Source of the DNA: Candidatus Omnitrophota bacterium
GTDB lineage: Bacteria > Omnitrophota > Gorgyraeia > Zapsychrales > JBDRMG01
Assembly: GCA_043812495.1 (NCBI GenBank)
Contig: JBDRMG010000002.1
Coordinates: 4,890-68,889, forward strand
Direction: 5' to 3'
Length of the DNA: 64,000 nucleotides
Part shown: positions 38,488 through 47,076 of the stretch, one piece after another
Layout of the letters: the number at the start of each line of letters is the position of its first letter
Position numbering within the stretch: position 1 is the stretch's first letter
Translations under genes and position numbers: made by a program
The notes under the pieces: model-generated
Seen by the model: the letters and a program-made list of their open reading frames with translations, nothing else
Told to the model about the DNA's origin: nothing
The model's database searches: none

Positions 38488-39489
38488 ATGAAAAATAAGA
38501 TAACATACAAAAATAGCGGTGTGGACATTCAAAAGGCTAATCGCTTTGTCGCTTCCATCGAACGCATGATTGCCGGCACGCAAGCGTCAGCTGTCCTCAA
38601 GAGAAAAGGAAGCTTCGGAAGCTTATTTGCTTTTGATAATAAAAAATACCGCGAGCCTGTTTTGGTCTCCTCAGCAGATGGCGTGGGAACAAAACTGATG
38701 ATCGCGAATTTGGCCGGCAAACACGATACCGTCGGCATTGATTGCGTGGCGATGAATGTGAACGATATTCTCTGCTGCGGGGCCAAGCCTTTATTTTTCT
38801 TGGATTATGTAGCTTGCGGAAAAATTCATCCCAAAGTCCTCAAAGACGTACTCAAGGGAATTGTGTGGGGATGCCAACAAGCCGGATGCAGCTTGATCGG
38901 AGGCGAGACAGCTGAGATGCCGGGTATTTACAAAAAAGAAGACTATGACCTGGCCGGATTTACGGTTGGCGTTGTTGAAAAGAGCCGCATGATCGACGGT
39001 TCAAAAATTCAGGCCGGCGACAGACTGATTGGTCTTGCATCGAACGGACTGCATTCCAACGGTTTTTCTCTGGTACGAAAGATTCTTTCTAAGAAACAGC
39101 AAAAGACAATGGCCCAAGAGCTCCTTAGGCCGACAAAAATTTATGTTCAGCCGGTTTTAGGTTTACTTACCGAATTTTCTATACGAGGAATGGCGCATAT
39201 TACGGGCGGTGCTTTTTATGAAAAATTAACAAAAATTATACCGCAAGGCCTATGCTGCGCGATCGACCAAGGAAGCTGGCCTGTCCCAAAGATTTTTGAA
39301 ATGCTTCGCGCCCAAGGCTGCCTTTCTACGAGGGAAATGTTTACCACCTTTAATATGGGTATCGGTATGGTCCTTGTGGTTCGCCCTAAAGATAGTGAAT
39401 CTGTCAGACGATATCTGCAAAAACAAAAAATACAATCATGGGACATCGGTGAGGTTGTTAAGAATCGTCAAGGAAAGATTAAATTATGA
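38488..39489 (+). CDS. purM: Phosphoribosylformylglycinamidine cyclo-ligase (AIR synthetase)
   Basis: YKNSGVDIQKANRFV N-terminus, PurM N/C domains. Confidence 0.95.
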   Translation: MKNKITYKNSGVDIQKANRFVASIERMIAGTQASAVLKRKGSFGSLFAFDNKKYREPVLVSSADGVGTKLMIANLAGKHDTVGIDCVAMNVNDILCCGAKPLFFLDYVACGKIHPKVLKDVLKGIVWGCQQAGCSLIGGETAEMPGIYKKEDYDLAGFTVGVVEKSRMIDGSKIQAGDRLIGLASNGLHSNGFSLVRKILSKKQQKTMAQELLRPTKIYVQPVLGLLTEFSIRGMAHITGGAFYEKLTKIIPQGLCCAIDQGSWPVPKIFEMLRAQGCLSTREMFTTFNMGIGMVLVVRPKDSESVRRYLQKQKIQSWDIGEVVKNRQGKIKL

Positions 39490-40775
39490 ATGTTCTTGTC
39501 ATCGGTTCCGGCGGCCGTGAGCACACCTTAGTTTGGAAAATACAACAGAGCCCAAAGGTCCAAAAGATTTATTGCGCTCCCGGGAACGGCGGGATCGCTC
39601 AAATCGCCGAGTGCGTCGATATTAAAGCCGAGAATATTCCGCAACTTTTGGAGTTCGCTTCGCAACAATCGATTGATCTTGTTGTGGTTGGGCCGGAGGC
39701 ACCCTTGGTGGAGGGAATCGTCGATGCCTTTGAAGAGAAAGGATTTAAAATTTTTGGACCGTCCCAATATGCTTCCCAGTTGGAAGGCAGCAAGGTTTTC
39801 GCTAAGGAATTTATGAGGCGTTACCATGTTCCGACGTCTGATTTTGAAAGCTTTGAAAATTATGATGAAGCGGTGAATTTCGTTCAAGAAGCTGATTTTC
39901 CTCTGGTGATCAAGGCCGATGGTCTTGCGGCAGGAAAAGGTGTTATGATTTGCCAAAGCCGAAAAGAAGCTCAAGAGGCCCTTGATGACATCATGAAGAA
40001 GAAGATTTTTAAAGACGCGGGTAACAGAGTAATCATCGAAGAGTGTCTGATCGGTGAAGAAGCTTCTATGTTAGCCATTAGTGATGGGTCCGGATTTATC
40101 ATGCTTGATTCCTCGCAGGATCACAAACGGATTTTTGATGAAGATCAAGGACCAAACACCGGCGGTATGGGAGCGTATTCCCCGGCTCCGGTGATTTCCC
40201 AAAGATTAAGCCGGCAAATCGCGCAGACCGTCATTGCCCCCGTGATCGAGGGCATGAAGGAAGAAGGGTATCCTTTTAAAGGAGTTCTTTATGCCGGTTT
40301 GATGATTACGGACAAAGGGCCTTATGTCCTTGAATTCAATGTCCGTTTTGGTGATCCCGAGACACAGGCTGTTTTACCGCGATTAAAAAATGACCTCATC
40401 GATATTATGCTTGCAAGCTGTTACGGCTCATTAAAGAATACCAAACTGCAATGGGACAAAAGAGCGTGTGTGTGCGTTGTGATGAGTTCCCGCGGTTATC
40501 CGGGAAATTATGAAAAAGGAAAAGAAATTACCGGACTGGATGAGGTTTTAAAAGAACAAGACACCATGGTTTTTCATGCGGGAACAAAGCAGGACAAAGA
40601 CAAGATCATCACGTCCGGCGGGCGTGTTTTGGGTGTGACAAGTCTTGGTGAAGGCATACAGGGCGCGATCGCAAGCGTCTATCATTCCGTAGAGAAGATT
40701 CATTTCGACGGATGTTTTTTCCGCAGAGATATTGGCGCTAAAGCGCTCAAGCACACTAATAAAGCCACTGTTTGA
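39486..40775 (+). CDS. purD: Phosphoribosylamine-glycine ligase
   Basis: MNVLVIGSGGREHTLVWKI, ATP-grasp. Confidence 0.95.
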   Translation: MNVLVIGSGGREHTLVWKIQQSPKVQKIYCAPGNGGIAQIAECVDIKAENIPQLLEFASQQSIDLVVVGPEAPLVEGIVDAFEEKGFKIFGPSQYASQLEGSKVFAKEFMRRYHVPTSDFESFENYDEAVNFVQEADFPLVIKADGLAAGKGVMICQSRKEAQEALDDIMKKKIFKDAGNRVIIEECLIGEEASMLAISDGSGFIMLDSSQDHKRIFDEDQGPNTGGMGAYSPAPVISQRLSRQIAQTVIAPVIEGMKEEGYPFKGVLYAGLMITDKGPYVLEFNVRFGDPETQAVLPRLKNDLIDIMLASCYGSLKNTKLQWDKRACVCVVMSSRGYPGNYEKGKEITGLDEVLKEQDTMVFHAGTKQDKDKIITSGGRVLGVTSLGEGIQGAIASVYHSVEKIHFDGCFFRRDIGAKALKHTNKATV

Positions 40776-40815
40776 TTTGGCGTCAATTCTTCATCAAGAG
40801 AATGAGGAGAAGAAA

Positions 40816-41034
40816 ATGAAGAAAAGAACTTTCAGGTTTTTGTCTTTGTTACTATTTCTTTCTTTGCTTTTCGTTTCCCAAGCTTTATTCTTTGTTCAAC
40901 CTGGCATTGCCAGAAACAGACCTTACCCACCGCCGCCCCCCAGCGCACCCCATCTTACCAAGCCTACGGATCCAAATTTCGATGGCATCTATTTCGTTGA
41001 CTGGACAGATATAGGGGGTCAGGTCTCGACTTGA
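40816..41034 (+). CDS. Small secreted proline-rich hypothetical protein; C-terminus runs into REP
   Basis: ATG with GAGGAG SD, signal peptide MKKRTFRFLSLLLFLSLLFVSQA, PPPPP; last codons lie inside REP R1. Confidence 0.3.
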   Translation: MKKRTFRFLSLLLFLSLLFVSQALFFVQPGIARNRPYPPPPPSAPHLTKPTDPNFDGIYFVDWTDIGGQVST

Positions 41035-41042
41035 CGACATGT
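41015..41042 (+). repeat. RAYT-associated REP copy R1
   Basis: GGGGGTCAGGTCTCGACTTGACGACATG; imperfect palindrome GTCAGGTC/GACTTGAC. Confidence 0.8.
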
Positions 41043-41096
41043 CTTTCAAAAAAGGGGACAGCGCCCTTTAATTTAGTACGTACAGCATCAAACCTG

Positions 41097-41123
41097 GGGT
41101 CAGGTCTCGACTTGACGACATGT
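41097..41123 (+). repeat. RAYT-associated REP copy R2 (direct repeat of R1)
   Basis: GGGGTCAGGTCTCGACTTGACGACATG identical to R1. Confidence 0.85.
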
Positions 41124-41130
41124 TAATCAT

Positions 41131-41139
41131 TTGATATAA
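41131..41139 (+). promoter_or_regulatory. Extended -10 TGATATAAT upstream of RAYT
   Basis: TGnTATAAT about 75 nt upstream of ATG 41213. Confidence 0.3.
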
Positions 41140-41212
41140 TTTTTTAAAGTATTTTGCGGATACTTAATGAACAATATCTATACAAAAAGCATCAGAAGGA
41201 TAACAGAAATTT

Positions 41213-42190
41213 ATGGCAAGACCTGTACGGTTATTATTCGAAGGAGCGTATTATCATGTCATCAATCGAGGGCAAAGTAAACGTGAAGTATTTTTGGATG
41301 AAAAAGATTATGAAGCCTTCCTTAAAGTAATAAGAGAAACCTGTCAGACATACAAGGTCAATGTTGTTGCCTATTGCTTAATGCGCAATCACTATCATCT
41401 CATCGTGTACACGCCAAATGCTAATTTACCTGGTTTTATGAGACAGTTAGGCGGTGTGTATACCCAATTCTTTAATCGAAAATACAAACAAGATGGGCCG
41501 TTATTTAAAGGTCGCTATAAGGCGATTGTTGTGCAAGAGGGCAGTTATCTGCTTCGACTTATACGATACATACATAAGAATCCGATACGGGCAAAGATCG
41601 TTGAGCGATTAGATAAATATCGATATTCAAGTCATGGCTTTTACACAAAAGAAAAAGAAAGTGAATGGCTCAAATTCAAAGATATATTAAAAGGGCAATG
41701 GAGAAAGCTGCAAAATTTTAAAAAGGCTTATCTTGATTTTATGAAAAAGGAGGATCAAGAGCTTGAGGAGTACTTGCAGGAAAAAAGCCGCAAGGCCACC
41801 GATGCCATCATCCTTGGAGACGATGAATTTACGGACACAATTAAAATGAACTATCTCCATGGAAAAAGAGTGTACGGGGATGTGCCTCAAGCCAAGCACA
41901 TAAAAGATGAGATGTGTTTTAAAAAAGTTAAGCGAGAGATTATAAAAGAATTTAAGATAGAAGAAGAGATGTTGTATATTTCTAAGCGGGGTAAGGAAAA
42001 TCTAGCGAGACTCTTGGCCATCGGATTGTTAAGGGAATGTAGCGGTATGACCTATAGAGGTATTGGATATGCTCTTCGAATTGAAAGCTATAAAAGTGTT
42101 GCCAAGTATGCGCAGAGGATGAAAGGTCGGTACTTAAAAGACCAGAGGATCAAGAATCTGTTTGATAGGTTGAAGGTGAGATGTATCTAA
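41213..42190 (+). CDS. REP-associated tyrosine transposase (RAYT, IS200/Y1-transposase-like HuH) with DnaA-domain-IV-like C-terminal HTH
   Basis: YHVINRGQ, MRNHYHLIV (HuH), catalytic Y region (YKAIVVQEGSYLL..YIHKNP); C-terminal LARLLAIGLLRECSGMTYRGIGYAL resembles DnaA C-terminal; flanked by inverted REPs. Confidence 0.8.
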   Translation: MARPVRLLFEGAYYHVINRGQSKREVFLDEKDYEAFLKVIRETCQTYKVNVVAYCLMRNHYHLIVYTPNANLPGFMRQLGGVYTQFFNRKYKQDGPLFKGRYKAIVVQEGSYLLRLIRYIHKNPIRAKIVERLDKYRYSSHGFYTKEKESEWLKFKDILKGQWRKLQNFKKAYLDFMKKEDQELEEYLQEKSRKATDAIILGDDEFTDTIKMNYLHGKRVYGDVPQAKHIKDEMCFKKVKREIIKEFKIEEEMLYISKRGKENLARLLAIGLLRECSGMTYRGIGYALRIESYKSVAKYAQRMKGRYLKDQRIKNLFDRLKVRCI

Positions 42191-42206
42191 GTCGAGACCT
42201 GACCCC
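42181..42206 (-). repeat. RAYT-associated REP copy R3 (inverted)
   Basis: GTCGAGACCTGACCCC is the reverse complement of GGGGTCAGGTCTCGAC; overlaps the RAYT stop codon. Confidence 0.8.
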
Positions 42207-42356
42207 TTATTTTTGGGCTTGCCTGCGGTAGACAGGTTAAAACCGGTCCTTTGTTAAAGTTGTTTTCACAGAGTTGTCTTTGCCGGAAAAAATTCATAAG
42301 ACAGATCAACAAATCCAGTATATAATTGAATAAAAATTGATCAAGGAGGACATCAC

Positions 42357-42842
42357 ATGAAAGCTCAGATTGCGATTGTTATGGGAAGCGCATCCGACAT
42401 GCCGACTATGAAAGAAGCTGCTTTGCTTTTAAAAGAATTTAATGTTGCCTTTGAAATGAAAGTTCTTTCGGCGCACCGCGTTCCTGATCAAACCGCTAGC
42501 TTCGCCAAAAATCTCAAGAAACGGGATATTAAAATTGTGATCGCGGGTGCCGGAGGCTCAGCGGCCTTAGCGGGATTCATTGCGAGCCTTACGCCACTGC
42601 CCGTCATCGGGATTCCCATTGAAACATCTTCGCTCAATGGTTTGGATTCTTTATTATCGACCGTGCAAATGCCGTCCGGTGTTCCGGTGGGTACGGTGGC
42701 GATCGGAAAATCCGGCGCGAAAAACGCAGCCCTCTTGGCCTTAAGGATTCTTGGTTTGTCGGATAGAAAAATCCAGGAAAAGTTAGAAAAATACAAGAAA
42801 CAAAGGGCTGAGCAAATCCTCAAGACAAAGGTTAAAATTTGA
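42357..42842 (+). CDS. purE: N5-carboxyaminoimidazole ribonucleotide mutase
   Basis: IAIVMGSASDMPTMKEAALLLKEF, AGGSAALAG canonical PurE. Confidence 0.95.
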   Translation: MKAQIAIVMGSASDMPTMKEAALLLKEFNVAFEMKVLSAHRVPDQTASFAKNLKKRDIKIVIAGAGGSAALAGFIASLTPLPVIGIPIETSSLNGLDSLLSTVQMPSGVPVGTVAIGKSGAKNAALLALRILGLSDRKIQEKLEKYKKQRAEQILKTKVKI

Positions 42843-43039
42843 GGGCCATTTTTAACTAGGGTGATGAATATTTCATAATTTAAAGTAAGATAAATAGATA
42901 AAGAAAATTATTGCATGGCCCTGATTCCTGAGATTTTATGAGATTTCAGTCATGATTTTTTCGATAAGATTATCGCTGTAATCTTCATGAATCACCGTAA
43001 TCAGGTTCTTTCGTACAACCTAAACAGAAAGAACCAAAT
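42843..43039 (+). repeat. ~190-bp repeat family X, copy 1 (GGGCCATT..ATGGCCCTGATT..GTAATCAGGTTCTTTC)
   Basis: Shares blocks with 46908-47076; terminal GGTTCTTTC..GAAAGAACC hairpin. Confidence 0.7.
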
Positions 43040-44110
43040 TTGAAGACAAAAGTTCTCACTATCCACCCGACGTATCCGGAATTAGACCGTATCGCCGAAT
43101 GCGCCCAGGTGATTCGAAACGGCGGCCTTGTAATTTTTCCGACAGAAACTGTTTATGGCGTAGCCGCCAATTTTGAGAATAAGAAAGCGATGAAACGGCT
43201 GCAAAAAGTCAAACGCCGGCAGCCTGGTAAACCCTTTTCGATCCTTGTCCCGTATAAAGAAAGAATCGATGAGTTGGCGGCGATCAGCGATCACCGGGTT
43301 TATAAATTGATCGATGAATTCTGGCCCGGACCGTTGACAGTTGTCGTTCCCGAGAAAAAGCAAGAGGGCAAAACGATCGGCCTGCGTATGCCGCAAAATA
43401 ATATCGCTCTTCATTTGGCTCAAGAGGCGCGGTGTTCTTTGGCGGCTCCTTCTGCGAATGTTGAAGGACAGCATCCGCCGATTACATGCCAAGAGGCTTT
43501 GAAAAATCTCCAAGGAGAAGTGGAAATCGCGATTGACGGAGGTCCGACTGTTCTGGGGAAGGCGTCGACCGTTGTGGATATGACTAATCCGTTAGCGCCA
43601 AAAATATTACGCAAAGGCCCACTGACAGAAGAAGATATTAATCAGGTGCTTAAAAAGAAAATTATTCTTTTTGTTTGCACGGGAAACAGCTGCCGCTCGG
43701 TCATGGCGGAGTATCTTCTCAAAGACAAGTTCAAGAACAGAGAGAACCTGGATATTATTTCAGCCGGAACCAGTGTTTTTGTCAGTTCCACGGCAAGCGC
43801 GAATACCATTTGTATTCTTCAAAAAGAAGGGATTGATGCTACGCGCCATCGGTCCCGACCCATGCATCGCATCATGATCAAAAAAGCGGATTTGATTTTT
43901 ACGATGACCCGCGCGCAGCGGGATCAAATCACGCAGCAAGCGCCTGATGTGAAAAATCGCGTGTATCTTCTAAAAGAATTTGGTAATATGTTGACAAGTC
44001 AAGAAGCGCAATTGGATATTCCTGATCCTATCGGGGGCACGACGTCTGTGTACGAGGAATGTCTGTTAACCATTAAGGAGGCTATCCAGCGGATAGTGAA
44101 ATTGATTTGA
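43040..44110 (+). CDS. Fusion: L-threonylcarbamoyladenylate synthase TsaC/YwlC (Sua5/YrdC) plus low-molecular-weight protein-Tyr/Arg phosphatase (YwlE-like)
   Basis: VIFPTETVYGVAANF..KPFSILV (YrdC) and ILFVCTGNSCRSVMAEYLLK (CX5R P-loop); TTG start. Confidence 0.85.
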   Translation: MKTKVLTIHPTYPELDRIAECAQVIRNGGLVIFPTETVYGVAANFENKKAMKRLQKVKRRQPGKPFSILVPYKERIDELAAISDHRVYKLIDEFWPGPLTVVVPEKKQEGKTIGLRMPQNNIALHLAQEARCSLAAPSANVEGQHPPITCQEALKNLQGEVEIAIDGGPTVLGKASTVVDMTNPLAPKILRKGPLTEEDINQVLKKKIILFVCTGNSCRSVMAEYLLKDKFKNRENLDIISAGTSVFVSSTASANTICILQKEGIDATRHRSRPMHRIMIKKADLIFTMTRAQRDQITQQAPDVKNRVYLLKEFGNMLTSQEAQLDIPDPIGGTTSVYEECLLTIKEAIQRIVKLI

Positions 44111-44562
44111 TGATTTATATCGGGGCGGATCACCGCGGTTATCGGTTAAAGAACAAAATTAAGAATTTTCTGACACAAAAAGGTTTTTCTGTCGTTGATG
44201 TGGGTGCCTTTACGGATCAGAAAAGCAGCGATTATCCGAAGATTTCCTTCAAGGTGGCCCAAAAAGTGGCTCAGGACCGTAACGCCAAGGGTATTTTGAT
44301 TTGTATGACAGGAATCGGCAACAGTATCGCGGCGAACAAAGTACGCGGTATTCGCGCCGCTCTTTGCTATAACAAAACAGCGGCTCGTTTGTCCCGTCAA
44401 CATAACGATGCGAATGTCCTCGTGCTTGGATCAAAATTTGTTCATCCTAAAGAAATCATGGGGATTGTCTCTGTCTGGCTTAAAACAGAATTTGAGGGCC
44501 AGCGCCACCAGAGACGCGTCAACCAAATTAAGGCCATTGAAAGAAAATGCGCTAAAGCATAG
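44107..44562 (+). CDS. rpiB: Ribose-5-phosphate isomerase B
   Basis: MMIYIGADHRGYRLKNKIKNFL, LacAB_rpiB family. Confidence 0.9.
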   Translation: MMIYIGADHRGYRLKNKIKNFLTQKGFSVVDVGAFTDQKSSDYPKISFKVAQKVAQDRNAKGILICMTGIGNSIAANKVRGIRAALCYNKTAARLSRQHNDANVLVLGSKFVHPKEIMGIVSVWLKTEFEGQRHQRRVNQIKAIERKCAKA

Positions 44563-44565
44563 TAG

Positions 44566-44783
44566 AAATAGTATTTTTATATTTGTTTGACCCCCCGCCC
44601 CGCTTCTTGCTTCCGCCTGTCTGCCGACAGGCAGGCAAGAAAACAGCGGGGCGAGGTCAATTCGACCTTATAACTTATGTTCCGTCAATTCGATTTCATC
44701 GAATTGGCGAGACCTCGTCAGAAAATTTATAAAAAGACGGGCGCTTCACTCCATAAGTAATGGTCTCATTGATCGGAGGAATT
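44566..44783 (+). repeat. REP/BIME-like composite element copy E (beta subtype)
   Basis: CCGCTTCTTGC..GCAAGAAAACAGCGGGG, GAGGTCAATTCGACC core, TTCGATTTCATCGAA hairpin, terminal GGTCTCATTGATCGGAGG = SD for glyA. Confidence 0.8.
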
Positions 44784-46031
44784 ATGCAACACTTGAAGAA
44801 AGTCGACCAAGATGTTTACCGGGCTATTCAAGATGAAATCAGGCGTCAGAATGATAATTTAGAGTTAATCGCAAGCGAAAACTTTGTTTCACTGGCTGTT
44901 TTGGAAGCCCAAGGGAGCGTCATGACCAATAAGTACGCTGAAGGGTATCCTTCGGCGCGCTGGTACGGCGGTTGCCAGAATGTGGATGTGGCTGAGCGCT
45001 TGGCCATTGAGCGAGCCAAGAAATTATTCGGCGCAGAACATATCAATGTTCAACCGCATTCAGGCTCTCAGGCCAACATGGCCGTTTACTATTCCGTCTT
45101 AAATACCGGCGACACGCTCATGGCTATGGATTTGGCCTGCGGCGGTCATTTAACACACGGACACAAGATCAATTTTTCCGGACGAACCTACAAAATCGTG
45201 ACCTATGGGGTCCATCCAAAAACAGAGAAAATTGATTTTGACGAAGTCAGAGAAAAAGCCAAGAAATACAAACCGCGTATGATCATGGCCGGTGCCTCGG
45301 CCTATTCTCGCTCGATCAACTTTAAAAAGTTTAAAGAAATTTGTTCTTTGGTCGGGGCTTATTTTGCCGTGGATATGGCCCATATTGCAGGTTTGGTAGC
45401 CGTCGGACTTCATCCCAATCCTGTGCCTTATGCGGATTTTGTAACAACGACAACGCATAAAACTTTGCGTGGTCCGCGCGGGGGCATGATTCTCTGCAAG
45501 AAGGAATACGCGAAGAAAATTGACATGACGGTCTTTCCCGGTATCCAGGGCGGGCCGCTGATGCACGTAATTGCCGCTAAGGCCGTAGCTTTTAAAGAAG
45601 CCTTACGCAAAGATTTTAAAGGTTACCAGGCGCAGATTATCAAAAACGCGCAGGCCTTGTCCGATGAGCTTTCTGGCTGCGGTTATCGCATTGTTGCCGG
45701 CGGGACCGACAATCACCTTTTAATGGTTGATCTCAGATCCAAAGACATTACGGGAAAAGACGCGGCTCATTTGTTGGATCAGGTACGCATCACGGTCAAC
45801 AAGAATTTGATTCCGTTTGATCCTCAAAGTCCGATGGTCACAAGCGGAATTCGCCTGGGCACGCCGGCCTTAACGACGCGGGGAATGAAAGAAAAAGAGA
45901 TGAGATTGATTGCCCATCTGATTGACGAAGCGATTCTATCGCGTCATGACGAGAAAGCCCTTAGCCGGGTACGGAAAAAAGTTGATGGCCTAACCAAAAA
46001 GTTCCCTATTTACAGAAATTTACGCGCATGA
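44784..46031 (+). CDS. glyA: Serine hydroxymethyltransferase
   Basis: Canonical SHMT ([23 protein letters not shown]-Lys region); ATG 44784 preferred because the repeat-borne GGAGG SD precedes it. Confidence 0.95.
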   Translation: MQHLKKVDQDVYRAIQDEIRRQNDNLELIASENFVSLAVLEAQGSVMTNKYAEGYPSARWYGGCQNVDVAERLAIERAKKLFGAEHINVQPHSGSQANMAVYYSVLNTGDTLMAMDLACGGHLTHGHKINFSGRTYKIVTYGVHPKTEKIDFDEVREKAKKYKPRMIMAGASAYSRSINFKKFKEICSLVGAYFAVDMAHIAGLVAVGLHPNPVPYADFVTTTTHKTLRGPRGGMILCKKEYAKKIDMTVFPGIQGGPLMHVIAAKAVAFKEALRKDFKGYQAQIIKNAQALSDELSGCGYRIVAGGTDNHLLMVDLRSKDITGKDAAHLLDQVRITVNKNLIPFDPQSPMVTSGIRLGTPALTTRGMKEKEMRLIAHLIDEAILSRHDEKALSRVRKKVDGLTKKFPIYRNLRA

Positions 46032-46489
46032 AATGTCCCGCCTGTTCCTATAAAGAAACGAAAGTCGTGGATTCGCGTTTAAGCAGCGAAGGAACGTCGG
46101 TACGCAGGCGTCGCGAATGCCTCAAATGCGAGAAACGCTTTACAACGTATGAATATATCGAAGAAGTTCCTTTGATGGTTGTCAAGCGCGATAGCCGGCG
46201 CCAGGCTTTTGACCAGAAGAAAATCATTGCCGGCATTGTCAAGGCCTGCGAGAAGCGGCCCGTGAGTATCGACCAAATCGAGAAGTTGACTTTGGCGATT
46301 GAGCGTGACATCCAAAAGAGGTTTGAGAGGGAAGTCAGTTCCAAAGATATCGGAGAGATGGTGATGGAAAAGCTGGCCACTCTCGATGAAGTCGCCTATG
46401 TACGTTTCGCGTCCGTGTACCGGCAGTTTCGCGACGTGAATCAGTTTATGAAGGAATTGAAGGTCATTCTTGATAAGGAAAAAAAGTAA
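46028..46489 (+). CDS. nrdR: Transcriptional repressor NrdR
   Basis: [17 protein letters not shown] zinc ribbon, ATP-cone. Confidence 0.9.
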   Translation: MKCPACSYKETKVVDSRLSSEGTSVRRRRECLKCEKRFTTYEYIEEVPLMVVKRDSRRQAFDQKKIIAGIVKACEKRPVSIDQIEKLTLAIERDIQKRFEREVSSKDIGEMVMEKLATLDEVAYVRFASVYRQFRDVNQFMKELKVILDKEKK

Positions 46490-46502
46490 AGGGTCGTTTT
46501 TA

Positions 46503-46907
46503 ATGATTCAAGTTGAGTTGACAAAAATTATCATTGACGAGAAAAGACAGGATCAGATCATCGTTCTTAAAGAAAAAGACGGATCACGGCAATTTCCGAT
46601 TGTTATAGGGTTTCTGGAGGCCTCCAGCATTAAGCTCAAACTCTCGGGAATGAAGGTTCCCCGGCCCATGGCCCATGACTTATTGGCCGCCACCATCAAG
46701 GGCCTGGGGGCCAAGCTTGAGAAAATCATCATCGATCAACTCATCAGCAATACTTTTCACGCCAAATTGGTCTTAAAGACTGCGGATGGTTCGGAGCGCG
46801 TCATTGATGCCAGGCCCTCCGATAGCATTGCGCTCGCCGTGCGCACGAACGCGCCCATATTTGCCGAAGAAGAAGTTCTCGAGAAAGCGTCGTTTTTTAA
46901 GACGTAA
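46503..46907 (+). CDS. Bifunctional nuclease (BFN/DUF151) family protein
   Basis: PIVIGFLEASSIKLKLSGMKVPRPMAHDL characteristic of DUF151. Confidence 0.7.
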   Translation: MIQVELTKIIIDEKRQDQIIVLKEKDGSRQFPIVIGFLEASSIKLKLSGMKVPRPMAHDLLAATIKGLGAKLEKIIIDQLISNTFHAKLVLKTADGSERVIDARPSDSIALAVRTNAPIFAEEEVLEKASFFKT

Positions 46908-47076
46908 CAAGGGGGCCATTCTTATTTGGATTAATAAATATTTTAAAATATTGGGAAAGACAAATAGATGATAAAAAGATTGAATGGCCCTGATTGCACA
47001 GATTGCATTAGATTACACAGATATTCACATCTGTGCAATCTGTTCCTAAATCGGTGTAATCAAGGTTCTTTCATTT
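46908..47076 (+). repeat. ~190-bp repeat family X, copy 2
   Basis: GGGGCCATT..AAATAGATGATAAA..ATGGCCCTGATT..GTAATCAAGGTTCTTTC; internal GATTGCACAG..CTGTGCAATC hairpin. Confidence 0.7.

Noticed and set aside
40732-40815. ORF start inside the purD 3' end for the small Pro-rich protein
   Set aside because: It overlaps purD coding sequence. An internal ATG at 40816 has a proper SD and a signal peptide. Even so this ORF is low confidence because its end lies in a REP.
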